Positions 8,986 through 20,077 of a stretch of DNA of 64,000 nucleotides are shown here, in pieces (position 1 is the stretch's first letter; each line of letters starts with the position of its first letter). Source of the DNA: an uncultured delta proteobacterium (lineage in GTDB: Bacteria; Myxococcota_A; Polyangia; Palsa-1104); assembly GCA_963785725.1 (NCBI GenBank), contig CAWAWS010000006.1:32001-96000 (forward strand), written 5' to 3'. Below the pieces are notes generated by a model that worked only from the letters and a program-made list of their open reading frames with translations, was not told the origin of the DNA and did no database searches. Both the position numbers and the translations under genes were made by a program.

Positions 8986-11900
8986 GTGGCACACGACAAC
9001 ATCGCCGAGGCGCCGTTTCTCGGCTCCAGTCGCTTCGCCATCCAGCGCCGGCTCGGCATGGGCGGCATGGGCGTCGTCTATCAAGCGTTCGACCGCGAGC
9101 GCAACCAAGTGGTCGCGCTCAAGACCTTGCGCGACATGGACGCGGCGACGGTGGTGCGCTTCAAGCGCGAGTTCCGCGCGCTCGCCGACGTCAGCCATCC
9201 CAACCTCGTGTCGCTGTACGAGCTGGTGGCGATCGAGACGCACATCTTCTTCACGATGGAGCTGGTGCCGGGCGTGTCGTTCTTACGCTGGGCGCGCGGC
9301 GGCGGCGAGGACGATCCCGATCCGCTCGACGGCGACACGGTCGAATTGTCGGAGATCGTCGTCGACGCGCCCGAGACCGACTCGACCGAGCCCGGCAAGC
9401 GCGGCCACTTGACGCCGCGACCGCGGCCGGCGCGCCCGAGAGCGGCGCCGGTCTCGTCGGCGCCGCCGGCGCAGCTCGATCTGGCGCGCCTGCGTCCGTC
9501 GCTGATGCAGCTGGCCGAGGGCGTGGCCGCGCTGCACGCGTTCGGCATGCTGCACCGCGATCTCAAGCCGTCGAACGTCATCGTGACCCGCGACGGGCGC
9601 GTCAAGATCCTCGACTTCGGCTTGGTGACCGACCTGACGGGCGAGGCCGGCGTCGAGGACGCGCTCGTCGGCACGGCCGCGTACATGTCGCCCGAGCAGG
9701 GCGCGCGCCTGGCGCTGACGCCGGCCAGCGACTGGTACGCCGTCGGCGTCATGTTGTACGAGGCGCTGACCGGCCGCTTGCCCTTCGTCGGCTCGTCGAC
9801 GGACGTGCTCATGGACAAGCAGCAGTTCGAGCCGCCGTCGCCGCGCGAGCTCGTGTCCGACGCGCCGCAAGATTCTGACGGCGCTGTGCGTCGAGCTCTT
9901 GCGCCGCGATCCGTCGCTGCGTCCGCTCGGTCGCGAGGTCTTGCGCCGGCTCGGCTCGGGCACGGCGGCGATTCGCACGGCGACCGGGCGCTCGTCGTCC
10001 CGCTCGAGCGTGTTCGTCGGCCGCGAGGCGCACTCGGACGCGCTGGAAGCGGCGCTCGCCGAAGTCCGCCGCGGCAAAGCCGTGGTCGAGTTCGTGCACG
10101 GCACGTCGGGCATGGGCAAGAGCGCGCTCGTGCGCCGCTTCTTGGACGCGCTCGAGGAGGACAAAGCCGCCGTCGTCTTGACCGGCCGCTGCTACGAGCG
10201 CGAGTCGGTGCCGTACAAAGCGGTCGACAGCCTCGTCGACGGGCTGAGCCAATATTTGTCGCGTCTGCCGCGGCTCGACTGCGAAGGGCTGATGCCGCGT
10301 GACGTGCGCGCGCTGGCCCGTGTTTTCCCGGTCTTGCGCCAAGTGGAAGCGGTGACGGCGGCGCCGCGGCGCGCCGCCGATCCGACCGACAAACAGGAGC
10401 TGCGCCGGCGCGCCTTCGAGGCCTTGCGCGAGCTGTTGGCGCGGCTGGCCGATCGCAGCCCGCTCGTCCTCTCCATCGACGACGTGCAGTGGGGCGACGT
10501 CGACTCGGCCGTACTCTTGGCGGCGCTCTTGCGTCCACCGGATGCGCCGGCGCTGCTCTTGGTCGCCACGCATCGCAGCGAGGACACGACCGAGTCGACG
10601 TTCTTGCGCGCCTTCAAGGCCGAGCTGGCCCGCCAAGGCAACGACGTGCGCGACCTGCCCGTGGGACCGCTTGCGCCCGACGACGCGCGGCAATTGGCGC
10701 TCATGCTGCTGCACGCCAACGGCGCGCAGGCCGAGGCGCAGGCCGAACGCATCGCCGAGGAGGCCGCGGGCAGCCCCTTCTTCATCGACGAGCTGGCGCG
10801 TCACGTCCGCGAAGGCGAGCCGGCGACGCCGGAGATGATTCTCGCTCGACGAGGTGCTGCGCGCGCGCCTGCGCCGCCTGCCCGACGACGCGCGCCGCCT
10901 GCTCGCCGCCGTCGCCGTCGCCGGCCGACCGCTGCCGCTGGCCGTCGCCGAGCGCGCCGCCGAGCTCAACGATCAGTCGGCGCTGGCGCTGCTCAAGGCC
11001 GGCAGCCTGGTGCGGGCGCGCGGCGCGTCGGAGGCGCCGCTCGTCGAGTGCTGGCACGATCGCATCCGCGAGACGGCGCTGGCGCTGCTCGATGCCGGGC
11101 AGCTGCGCTGGTTCCACCTGCGCTTGGCCATCGCGCTGGCGTCGACGCCGCAGCCGGACGCCGAGGCGCTCGCCAACCACTTCTTGGGCGCGGGCGAGAT
11201 CGAGCGCGCCGCCGAGTTCGCCGCCGACGCCGCCGCGCGCGCCGAGGAGACGCTGGCGTTCGAGCGCGCCGCGCAGCTCTATCGCTTCGCGCTCGAGCTG
11301 AGGCCCCCCAAGACGATCGATCGCGCCGTCGAGCGCGCGCTGCAGGTTCGCCTCGGCGACGCGCTGTCCAACGCCGGGCGCGGCGCGGAGGCGGCGTCGT
11401 CGTACATCGATGCCGCCGCCGGCGCGACCGCGGCCGAGACGCTCGATCTGCATCGCCGCTCGGCGCAGGAGCTCTTGCGCGCCGGCCACATCCGCGAAGG
11501 CGTGCTGGCGCTGCAAGACGTGCTCGCTCACGTCGGCATGAAGCTGGCCAAGACGCCGGCGGCGGCCGTGGCTTCGCTGCTCTTTAGGCGCGCGCGGATT
11601 CGACTGCGTGGCCTCAACTGGCGCGAGCGCGACGTCACCCAAGTGCCCGCCGATCAGCTGACCCGCGTCGACGTCGCCTACACGCTGACGTCGGGCTTGG
11701 GGATGGTCGACATGGTGCGCGCCGCCGACTTTCAGGCGCGGCAGCTGCAATTGGCGCTCGACGCCGGCGAGCCGCACCGCATCGTGCGTGCGCTCGCCGC
11801 CGAGGCCGCGTTCTTGTCGACGGGCGGCGTCGCCGCCGCCGGGCGCAGCGCCGCCGTGCTCGTGCGCGTGCACGCGCTGGCCAAGCGGCTGGCGACGGCC

Positions 11901-12809
11901 GAAGCCGAAGCCTACGCCGTCGGCGCCTCCGGCATCGTCGCCTTTCAGGAGGGCCGCTTCGGCGAGGCGCGCATCCACTGCGCCAAATCCGAGGAGATCT
12001 TGCGCGATCGCTGCACCGGCCACGTCTGGGAGCGCACGACGGCGCTCATCTTCACGCTGTTCGCCTCGGCGCTGCTCGGGCGCGTGCGCGAGCTGTGCGT
12101 GCGGCTGCCGTCGGTGCAAAAGGAGGCGCTCGAACGCGGCGATCTGTACTCGTTCACGAGCTTGCAGGCGGCGATCGGCTATTACCCGGGCTTGTGCGCG
12201 GGCGAGCCGGAGCGGGCGCGGCAAGAGCTGCACGACGGCATGCGTCGCTGGAACGTCAACGACCAGGTGCAGCTGCAGCACTTCAATGCGCTCATGTCCG
12301 AGAACATCATCGACTTGTACGCCGGCGACCCGGTCAAGGCCTGGCAGCGCATCGACGAGGGCTGGCGCCGCTTCGATCGCGCGCTGCTCTTGCGCGGCGA
12401 GACGCTGCTCGTGAGCTCGTTGATGGCGCGCGGCACCGCGGCGCTGGCGTCGAGCGCCGTCGCCGGCCGGCACGAGCTGTTGCCGCAGGCCGAGCGCGAC
12501 ATCAAGCGGCTCGGGCGCATCCCGGCGCCCTATACGCAGGCGCTGTCGCGGCAGCTCGCGGCGTCGTTGACGCTGTGCCGCGGCGACTTGGCGCGCGCCG
12601 TCGTCGATCTCGTCGACGCCGAAGCGGCCGTGCGCGGCATCGGCATGGAGCTGCACGGCGCGGCGTTGCGCTGGCGGCGCGGCCAGGTCGTCGGCGGTGA
12701 CGAAGGGGCAACCTTGCAGTCCGAGGCCGAGGCCTGGTTCTCGAGCCAAGGCTTCGTCAGCCCGGCGCGCATGGCCGACACGCTGGTGCCTGCGCCCGCG
12801 CCCAGGTGA
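8986..12809 (+). CDS. Ser/Thr protein kinase fused to an AAA/STAND-type ATPase and a helical repeat region (+1 frameshifts near 9874 and 10840)
   Basis: LGMGGMGVVY, VALK, HRDLKPSN, DFG; FVGRE, Walker A GTSGMGKS, Walker B IDDVQWGD; HDRIRE. Three consecutive ORFs join into one gene. Confidence 0.88.
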
Positions 12810-12916
12810 GGCAGTCCCACCCACCTAATGGCTCATTCGCCGTCGCGGTTTAGTGAAATGGAGTAGTTACGCGGCAAATGTGAGCGGCACGTGGCGTGCT
12901 TTGGCGACTATCGTCT

Positions 12917-14133
12917 ATGTCGCGCCGCAAGAGTCTCTGGCGACGGGTCATCATGGTCGGGGCCGCGCTGCTCGCGGCTTCGGTCGGCGCCGGCGCGCTG
13001 GCGATTCGGCCGGTCGACCCGATCGATTGGCGGCCGCAGCTGTGGGAGCTGGCGCCGCACGTCGAAGCCGGCCACGTCGTGCAGCCGCTCGTCGACGGCG
13101 GGCGCGCGCAGCTGACCCTCGACGCCGCGCTGCAGGCCGACGCCGAGCGCCTCCTGTCCGACGCCGACGCGGTGCATGGCGCGGCGGTCGTCGTCGACGT
13201 GGCCGACGGGCGCGTGTTGGCGCTGGCCGGCCGCTCGCGCGCGACGCCCGGTCGCAACGACTTGCGCCTGCCGCTCGGCGCGTGGGCGCCGGCGGCGTCG
13301 GTGTTCAAGCTGGTGACGACGGCGGCGCTGCTCGATGCCGGCGTCAAGCCCGACACCAAAGTCTGCTATCACGCGGGCACGCACAGCATCGAAGCCGACA
13401 ACTTGGAAGAGCAGCCGGGTCTCGACGATCGCTGCCGCAATCTCGCCTACGGCCTGGCCAAGTCGCAGAATGCGATCATCGGCCGACTGGCGCACGACTT
13501 CCTCGATCCGCAGACGCTCGACGAGCACGCCCGGGCGCTCGGCTTCGGCGCGGCGCCGGCGTTCGCGCTGCCGGCGGCGCCGTCGGCGCTGGCGATTCCC
13601 ACGGAGCCGCTGGCGTTCGCACGCACCGCCGCCGGCTTTTGGCACACGACGCTGTCGCCGCTGCATGGCGCGCTCTTGGCGGCGACGATCGCGCGCGGCG
13701 GCGAGATGCCGGCGTTGCGTTGGGTCGAGCGCGTCACCGACGGCGGTGGTCGCGAGCAGCCGCTGCCGGCGCTGGCGCCGCCGCACCGCGCGATGAACGC
13801 CGAGACCGCGGCCACGCTCGGGCGCATGATGATCAACACGACCGAGTGGGGCTCGGCCACGCGCGCGTTCCACGACGGCAAGCGGCGCATCCTCGGTCAC
13901 GTTCGCGTCGCCGGCAAGACGGGCACGCTCAATGGCGACGATCCGGCGCTGGCCTATTCGTGGTTCGTCGGCTTCGCGCCTGCCGATGCGCCGCGCGTCG
14001 CGTTCGCCGTCTTGCTCGCGCGCGGCGACGAGAGCGAGGTCAAGGCAGCGGCCGTCGCGCGCGCTCTCGTCGGATCTCTGGCTCGGTCAGTCGGCGACGC
14101 CGGCCGCGTCGCGGCTCGCTTCGCGTTAGTTAG
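12917..14133 (+). CDS. Penicillin-binding transpeptidase-domain protein (3' end uncertain)
   Basis: Catalytic motifs SVFK, SQN and KTG; N-terminal TM anchor. The ORF track runs on to 14269 into the convergent gene, so a late frameshift is likely. Confidence 0.82.
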
Positions 14134-15248
14134 CTCGGGCGGCGCAGCGCGCGAGAGAGGTCGCGCAGCGCGAACGGGAAGCGGACGAGCCCGACGGACA
14201 GGAGCGGCACCCACAAGCTGCCCCAATACGTATCGAACGGCTTGCCGACGATGCAGAAGGCGAGCATGAAGCCGAGGAGCGTCCAGCCCATGCGCGTGGC
14301 GCCGGGATTGCGCCAGCCGGCGTAGCCCAAAAGCGCGCACGGGATGACGAAGGCGGCGACGACGCGCGGCAAGAGCAGGCCGTAGGCGTCGAAGCTCAGC
14401 ATCGACACGAGGAAACGCGGGCCGCCGAACACGAGCCAGCTGCGCGAGGGCGCCGTGAAGTCGGCCGGTCCGAGGTGCTGCGCGACGACGTGAAAATGCA
14501 GCGCCATGAGGCCCGTCCAGGCGGCGACGGCGACGATCCAGGCGAGCGCTTCGGCCGAGCGGCGCGCGTGCAGCGCCAGCAGAAACGCGACGCCGCAAGG
14601 CAGGAGCGCGTGCTCGCGAAACGCCAGCGCCACCAGCAGCGCCAGGAATCCGAGCGGCCAACGATCGCGCGCGTACAGCGTCGCCGACAAGATGATGAAG
14701 CTGCCGGCCCACACTTCCTGAAAGACGACGGCGTCGGCGCCGAAGGGCAGGGCGCCCGCGTGCAAGGCCACGACCGCCAACGCCGCCCGCTCGCTGAAGG
14801 CGCCGCGCAGCCACACGAACGAGAGCACGATCGTCGTCAGCGCCAGCGCGACCAGCCACGCGCTCGGCCACGGCAGCCGCGCCAGCACGAACGCGTAGGT
14901 CGGCTCGCGCCAGTTGAAGACCGGCCGCGTCGGATAGTCGCGCGCGCGCAGCTCGGCGCCGGTCGCGTCGTAGTAATTCTGCCCGCCACGGACGCGCGCG
15001 ATGATCGCTTCGTAGAGCGCGCTGTCGGAGTGGCCGGGCGTCGCTAGGGCCGTGTGATTCTGCAGCCGCGCCGGCGTCGGACCGGCCACGCAGTAGACGA
15101 ACCAGCCGCAGACGACGACGAACGCGGTCGCGATGGCCAGCGCGCGCCGCTGCGACAGCGCCAGGAAGCGCGAGCCGTTCGCCGTCGCCAGCTCGTCATT
15201 CGATCGCGCGTTGGGCGGCGGGCTTTGCAGTTGATCGACGCGTTCCAA
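14130..15248 (-). CDS. Polytopic membrane protein, possibly a GT-C-type glycosyltransferase
   Basis: One TM, then a loop with DSALY and YPTRPVFNWREP, then many TM segments. Start approximate; the family call rests on topology only. Confidence 0.55.
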   Translation of the reverse strand: MERVDQLQSPPPNARSNDELATANGSRFLALSQRRALAIATAFVVVCGWFVYCVAGPTPARLQNHTALATPGHSDSALYEAIIARVRGGQNYYDATGAELRARDYPTRPVFNWREPTYAFVLARLPWPSAWLVALALTTIVLSFVWLRGAFSERAALAVVALHAGALPFGADAVVFQEVWAGSFIILSATLYARDRWPLGFLALLVALAFREHALLPCGVAFLLALHARRSAEALAWIVAVAAWTGLMALHFHVVAQHLGPADFTAPSRSWLVFGGPRFLVSMLSFDAYGLLLPRVVAAFVIPCALLGYAGWRNPGATRMGWTLLGFMLAFCIVGKPFDTYWGSLWVPLLSVGLVRFPFALRDLSRALRRPS

Positions 15249-15325
15249 TATGTTGCACTTTAACCCGCAGCGACGCGCCAGCGGCCGATCATCGAGCGTT
15301 CGTCGCGGGCGACGTCGCGCTCTTG

Positions 15326-16603
15326 ATGGAGAACCCCACGCCACCCGATCCGCGATCCGCGACCGCCGGCGCCGTCGACTCGCCGGCGCGGCAGCTGACG
15401 AAGAAGATCCTGTTGACGCTCTCGTTCGCGCTCGTGCTCGGCCTCGGCCGCGCCATCTTCGATCCGCGCGCGCGGGCGGCCGGCGTCTTCTTCGACTTCG
15501 GGCTCCTGGCGACCTTCGTCTTGAACGCGCTCATCGCGCAGTCGCCGCGGCAGGTTCGGCAGACGGCGGGCTTGGCGATCGTCCTCCTCGTCGTGCAGCT
15601 CGCCGTCTATCGCGCGCCGCCGCACGATTCCATGCAGGCGCTGGCCGTCGCGGCGCGCCTGTTCGGGCTGACCAGCCTGTTCATGATGCTGCTGGCCGGC
15701 CTGCGCGCCCGCGACGCCGCGCTCGAGCCGGCGATGCGCCGCCTCTTGCTCGGTCTTTTGCCGACGTTTTTCATCGTGCTGGCGAGCTTCGGCGCCACGC
15801 TGTCGGTGCTGCTGCATCCGGTTGTCTGGGACGGGCTGCTGTACGCGTGGGAAGCCACGCTCGGCACGCCGCCCAGCTTCGTCGCCGGTCAGCTGTTCGC
15901 GCGCGTGCCCGTGCTGTCCGCGGTGTGCCAGCTGGTCTATCTGTTGGCGCCGGTCGGCCTGGCGCTGGTGTTCGGCGCGCAGCGACGGAGCGGGCGGCCG
16001 CCGGTGATCGACGTCGGCGCCGCGCTGATCGTGACGACCATCGTCGGCTTCTGCATCTACCAGCTGTTTCCGGCGAGCGGTCCCGCGTACGTGTTCGGCG
16101 CCGCCTACCCGTGGCATCCGCCGGCGGCGGCGATGGTGGCGCTGAAACAGGCGCTGCCACAGCCGGCGCCGCGCAACTGCGTGCCGTCGCTGCATACGGC
16201 GTGGGCGCTCCTGCTCGTGTGGCACAGCCGCGGTCGCGCGCCGTGGCTGCGCGTGGCGACGGGCGCGTTTCTCGCGTTGACGCTGCTGGCGACGATGGGC
16301 CTCGGCGAGCACTACCTGCCCGATCTCGTCATCGCCGTGCCGTTCACGGCGGCGACGCAGGCGCTGGTGGCGCCGCCGTCGCCGGCGCGCTGGCCGGTGC
16401 TGCTCGTCGGCGCGGGCGTCACGCTCGTGTGGCTCGTGCTCTTGGCGACGGGCGCGCTGCTCGTGCATCCGTCGGCGGTCGTCTCGGGCGCGCTGGCGTT
16501 GGCGACGATCGCGCTCGGCGTGACGCTGTCGCGGCGCTTGTGGCGCGCCAGCGCTGCCGTCGCTGAGGCGGCTTTCGCGACAGCCGCGCCGGAGCCATGC
16601 TAG
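15326..16603 (+). CDS. PAP2-superfamily membrane protein (AUR1/inositol phosphorylceramide synthase-like)
   Basis: [20 protein letters not shown] and LGEHYLPDL within a multi-TM protein. Confidence 0.8.
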   Translation: MENPTPPDPRSATAGAVDSPARQLTKKILLTLSFALVLGLGRAIFDPRARAAGVFFDFGLLATFVLNALIAQSPRQVRQTAGLAIVLLVVQLAVYRAPPHDSMQALAVAARLFGLTSLFMMLLAGLRARDAALEPAMRRLLLGLLPTFFIVLASFGATLSVLLHPVVWDGLLYAWEATLGTPPSFVAGQLFARVPVLSAVCQLVYLLAPVGLALVFGAQRRSGRPPVIDVGAALIVTTIVGFCIYQLFPASGPAYVFGAAYPWHPPAAAMVALKQALPQPAPRNCVPSLHTAWALLLVWHSRGRAPWLRVATGAFLALTLLATMGLGEHYLPDLVIAVPFTAATQALVAPPSPARWPVLLVGAGVTLVWLVLLATGALLVHPSAVVSGALALATIALGVTLSRRLWRASAAVAEAAFATAAPEPC

Positions 16604-16614
16604 CTTCCAAAATC

Positions 16615-17568
16615 ATGTCGCAGAAGAAGATCGAAGACGTCGTCATCATTGGCTCCGGTCCCGCCGGACACACGGCCGCCATCTACGCGGCGCGCGCCAA
16701 CCTGAACCCTGTCATGTTCGAAGGCTTCATGGCCGGAGGCGTCGCCGCCGGCGGCCAGCTGACCACGACCACCGACGTGGAAAACTACCCCGGCTTCCCC
16801 GAAGGCATCGACGGGACGAAGCTCACCGAGCACTTCCGCGCGCAGTCGGCGCGCTTCGGCACGCGCATCATTACCGAGACCGTCGATCGCCTCGACCTGT
16901 CGGAGCGGCCGTTCAAGCTGCGCACGGTCTCGCACGAGATGGAGGCCAAGACGCTCATCATCGCCACCGGCGCCACCGCGCGCCGCCTCGCCATCCCCGG
17001 CGAAGAGAAGCTGTGGCAGCTCGGCATCAGCGCCTGCGCCGTGTGCGACGGCGCGCTGCCGATCTATCGCCAGAAGGTGCTGATGGTCATCGGCGGCGGC
17101 GACACGGCCGTCGAAGAGGCGTCGCACCTGACGAAGTTCGGCTCCAAGGTCATCGTCGTCCATCGTCGCGACAAGCTGCGCGCCTCGCACATCATGCAAA
17201 AGCGGCTGCTCGAGAACCCCAAAGTGGAGATGATTTGGGATTCGGTGGCCGAAGAGGCGCTCGGCGACAAAGTGCTGACCAGCGTGCGAATCCGCAATTT
17301 GAAGACGGACAAGACGCACATCGTGCACGCGGGCGGGCTCTTTTACGCGATCGGGCACGAGCCCAACACGTCGTTCCTCGAGCGGCAGGTCAAGCTCGAC
17401 GAGCAGGGCTATATCGTCACGCACCCGGGCACGACGCAGACGTCGGTCAAGGGCGTGTTCGCCGCCGGCGACGTGCAGGACAAGCACTGGCGGCAGGCGA
17501 TTACGGCCGCCGGCACCGGCTGCATGGCCGCGCTCGAGGCCGAGCGCTTCTTGGTCGAGCACGGCTGA
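16615..17568 (+). CDS. trxB: Thioredoxin-disulfide reductase
   Basis: [56 protein letters not shown]. Confidence 0.97.
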   Translation: MSQKKIEDVVIIGSGPAGHTAAIYAARANLNPVMFEGFMAGGVAAGGQLTTTTDVENYPGFPEGIDGTKLTEHFRAQSARFGTRIITETVDRLDLSERPFKLRTVSHEMEAKTLIIATGATARRLAIPGEEKLWQLGISACAVCDGALPIYRQKVLMVIGGGDTAVEEASHLTKFGSKVIVVHRRDKLRASHIMQKRLLENPKVEMIWDSVAEEALGDKVLTSVRIRNLKTDKTHIVHAGGLFYAIGHEPNTSFLERQVKLDEQGYIVTHPGTTQTSVKGVFAAGDVQDKHWRQAITAAGTGCMAALEAERFLVEHG

Positions 17569-17643
17569 GTAGCGGGATTACGCCGCATCGCGGCGTAAGA
17601 AGTGCCTCTCGACGTGTGGCGCGCATCAGCTAAGATGCGCGCC

Positions 17644-19607
17644 ATGCGTAGCTCTATATTTTCTTTGCTTGCCGGCCTTCTCATTTTCGCGTCCGGTTGC
17701 AGCAACAAAGCCCATAGCGTCACCGACGGCGGCGCGCCGCCCGAAGCGGCGCCCGGCTGCAACCCCGTCATCGGCGACGACTGCCTGACGCCGTTCCCGT
17801 CGAGCTTCTACGAAGTGGCGGACACGACGACGAAGACCGGCCTACGCGTCAAGATCGGCCCCACCACGCTGCCGCAGCAGTCCGACGGCAACCAGATCCT
17901 GCCCGATCGCATGAACCAGAAGGACGGCTTTTCGCCGTCGATGCCGTTCATCGTCTACTTCAAGGCAGAGCGTCGACCCGATCGAACCTGCCCACCAACG
18001 ACACGCTGGCCGCGTCGGTGACGGCGACGTCGACCGTGCAGGTCATCAAGGCCGACGACGGCGACGCGCGTCCCGGTCATGGCCGAGCTCGACGCCAACG
18101 CGGGCCCGGTCGGCTCGGGCGATCGTCAGGGGCTGCATCGTGCGGCCGATGACGCGGCTTCTGCCGAACACGCGCTACATCATCGCCATCCTCGGGCTCA
18201 AGGACACCACGGGCGCCGCGATCATTCCCGCGCCCTTCAAGGCGCTGCGCGACGGCACGACGCTGTCGCAGTCGCTCATGCCGGTGAAGGCGAATTATGA
18301 CGACATCTTCGCCAAGCTGACCGCGGCCGGCGTCGATCGCACCAACCTGACGGTCGCGTGGGACGTCACGACGGCCAGCGACGAGACGGCGACCTCGCAT
18401 TTGACCGGCATGGTGGCCAACGCCTTCGCGCTCGAGGCCGCCGGCTCGCTCGGCTACACCATCACGACGCCGGGCACGCCGACGACGACGGGCGACCTCT
18501 ACCAGGAGATCCTCGCCACGGTAAAGACGCCGCAATACCTGCTCGACAACACCGGCAAGTCGAACCTCGGCTTCGGCGCCGACGGTCAGCCGGTGCAGAA
18601 CGGCACCGTCGACACGCCGATCGTCATCCACATTCCGCAGTGCGTGACCGATCCCAACACGAAGTTCCCGATTCCGACGGTCGTCTTCGGTCACGGCCTC
18701 TTCGGCAGCGCGCTGGAGACGCTGCAGTCGCCCGTCTTCGAGGCCATGTCGAACACGCGCTGCGCCATCTACATCGGCACCGACTGGATCGGCTTGTCGT
18801 CGAGCGACATCACCAACGTCATCAACATCGTCTCCGGCGATCTCAACAACGTCTACGTCATCACCGATCGCCTGCAGCAGGCGCACGTCAACATCAACAC
18901 CATGACGCGCGTCTTCGCCAACGAGATCGTCAAAGACCCGATCATGCAGGTCAACGGCGTCCCGATCACCGACGGCAAGGAGATCTACTACTTCGGCGTC
19001 TCGATGGGCGGCATCGAGGGCGTCACCTTCATGGGCATCAACCCCGACATCACGCGCGGCGTGCTCAACGTGCCCGGCGCCGAGTGGTCGCTGCTCATGT
19101 ATCGCTCGACCGACTTCGCGATGTTGAAGGTGCTGTTGAGCGCGACGTTCTCCGATTCGCTCGACGCGCAGGTGGCCATCGCCGCGACGCAGCCGGAGTG
19201 GGATTACACCGATCCGGCGACCTTCGCGCCGCACGTCATCGCCGCGCCGCTGCCGGGCGTGCCGGCCAAGCAGTCTGCTCCTGCAGATGTCGATCGGCGA
19301 CGCCGAGGTGACCAACCTGTCGACGGAGCTGCTGGCGCGCACCATCGGCGTCTCCGGCTTCGACCTCGAGTTCCCGGTCTACGGCGTGCCGGTGGCGGCG
19401 GCGCCGCTCGATTCGGCGTACACGCAGTGGGATTCGCATCCGTCGACGCTGCCGCCGACGACCGACACGGCGCTGGAGAAGGACAACGGCGCGCACGAGG
19501 CCGTCTTCAACGCGCCGCTCGCGCAGCAGCAGATCAACGCCTTCATCACGCCCACGGGCCAGGCGACGTCGGTCTGCACCGGCGGCATCTGCAACATCTC
19601 GCAATGA
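17644..19607 (+). CDS. Lipoprotein with an alpha/beta-hydrolase (lipase/esterase-like) domain; several frameshifts (about 17965-18135 and 19272)
   Basis: Lipobox ASGC, CLTPFPS and DGFSP N-terminal motifs, VFGHGLFG, nucleophile elbow GVSMGG, C-terminal Asp (GDAEV) and His (GAHE). Confidence 0.75.
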
Positions 19608-19651
19608 GCGAGCGTGAGCGAGCGAACGTGAGCGGAGCATCGCCCCAATGA
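19604..19651 (+). CDS. Junction mini-ORF MSERERANVSGASPQ (15 aa), ATGA-coupled at both ends; dispersed copy of the 2.1-kb repeat core
   Basis: The first 31 nt match the unit at 2200 with 3 mismatches; bounded by the direct repeat CAATGAG. Confidence 0.45.
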   Translation: MSERERANVSGASPQ

Positions 19652-20070
19652 GTGACGACGTTGCGCTGCTGGCCACGATCAATCAGCTGGACGGCTGGGC
19701 CCGCGAGATGGGCGTCGTCGTCACCGTGGCCAGCGCCGACGAGGTCGTGGCCTACTTCGACGTCGCGCCCAAGCATCTGCAGGCCTACGGCATCGTTCAC
19801 GGCGGCGTGCACTGCGGCGTCGTCGAGACGGTGACGTCGATCGGCGCGGCGATGGTGGCGATGGCGCGCGGGCAAAAAGTCGTCGGCCTCGAGAACAGCA
19901 CGTCGTTCATTCGCGGCGTGCGGTCGGGGCGGCTGACGGCGACGTCGAAGCCGGTGACGCGCGGCCGCAAGACGCAAGTGTGGGAAGCGTGGATTCGCGA
20001 CGAGGCCGGGCAGCTCGTCGCCGAAGGCAAAGTGCGCCTGCTCTGCCTCGACGAGCAGCAGGTCTTGTAG
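19648..20070 (+). CDS. PaaI-family (hotdog) thioesterase
   Basis: HLQAYGIVHGG..CGVVET, VGLENSTSFIR, GRKTQVWE. Confidence 0.92.
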   Translation: MSDDVALLATINQLDGWAREMGVVVTVASADEVVAYFDVAPKHLQAYGIVHGGVHCGVVETVTSIGAAMVAMARGQKVVGLENSTSFIRGVRSGRLTATSKPVTRGRKTQVWEAWIRDEAGQLVAEGKVRLLCLDEQQVL

Positions 20071-20077
20071 CCGCGAC

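Noticed and set aside
12874..12892. GCAAATGTGAGCGGCACGT, resembling the end of the MSER core and the mdtB-C spacer
   Set aside because: The match is short, lacks the AGCGAGCG part and is not at a coupled ATGA junction; it may be chance.
14134..14269. C-terminal extension of the transpeptidase overlapping the convergent gene
   Set aside because: Low-complexity antisense read-through; stops in the other two frames at 14129 and 14133 suggest an indel.
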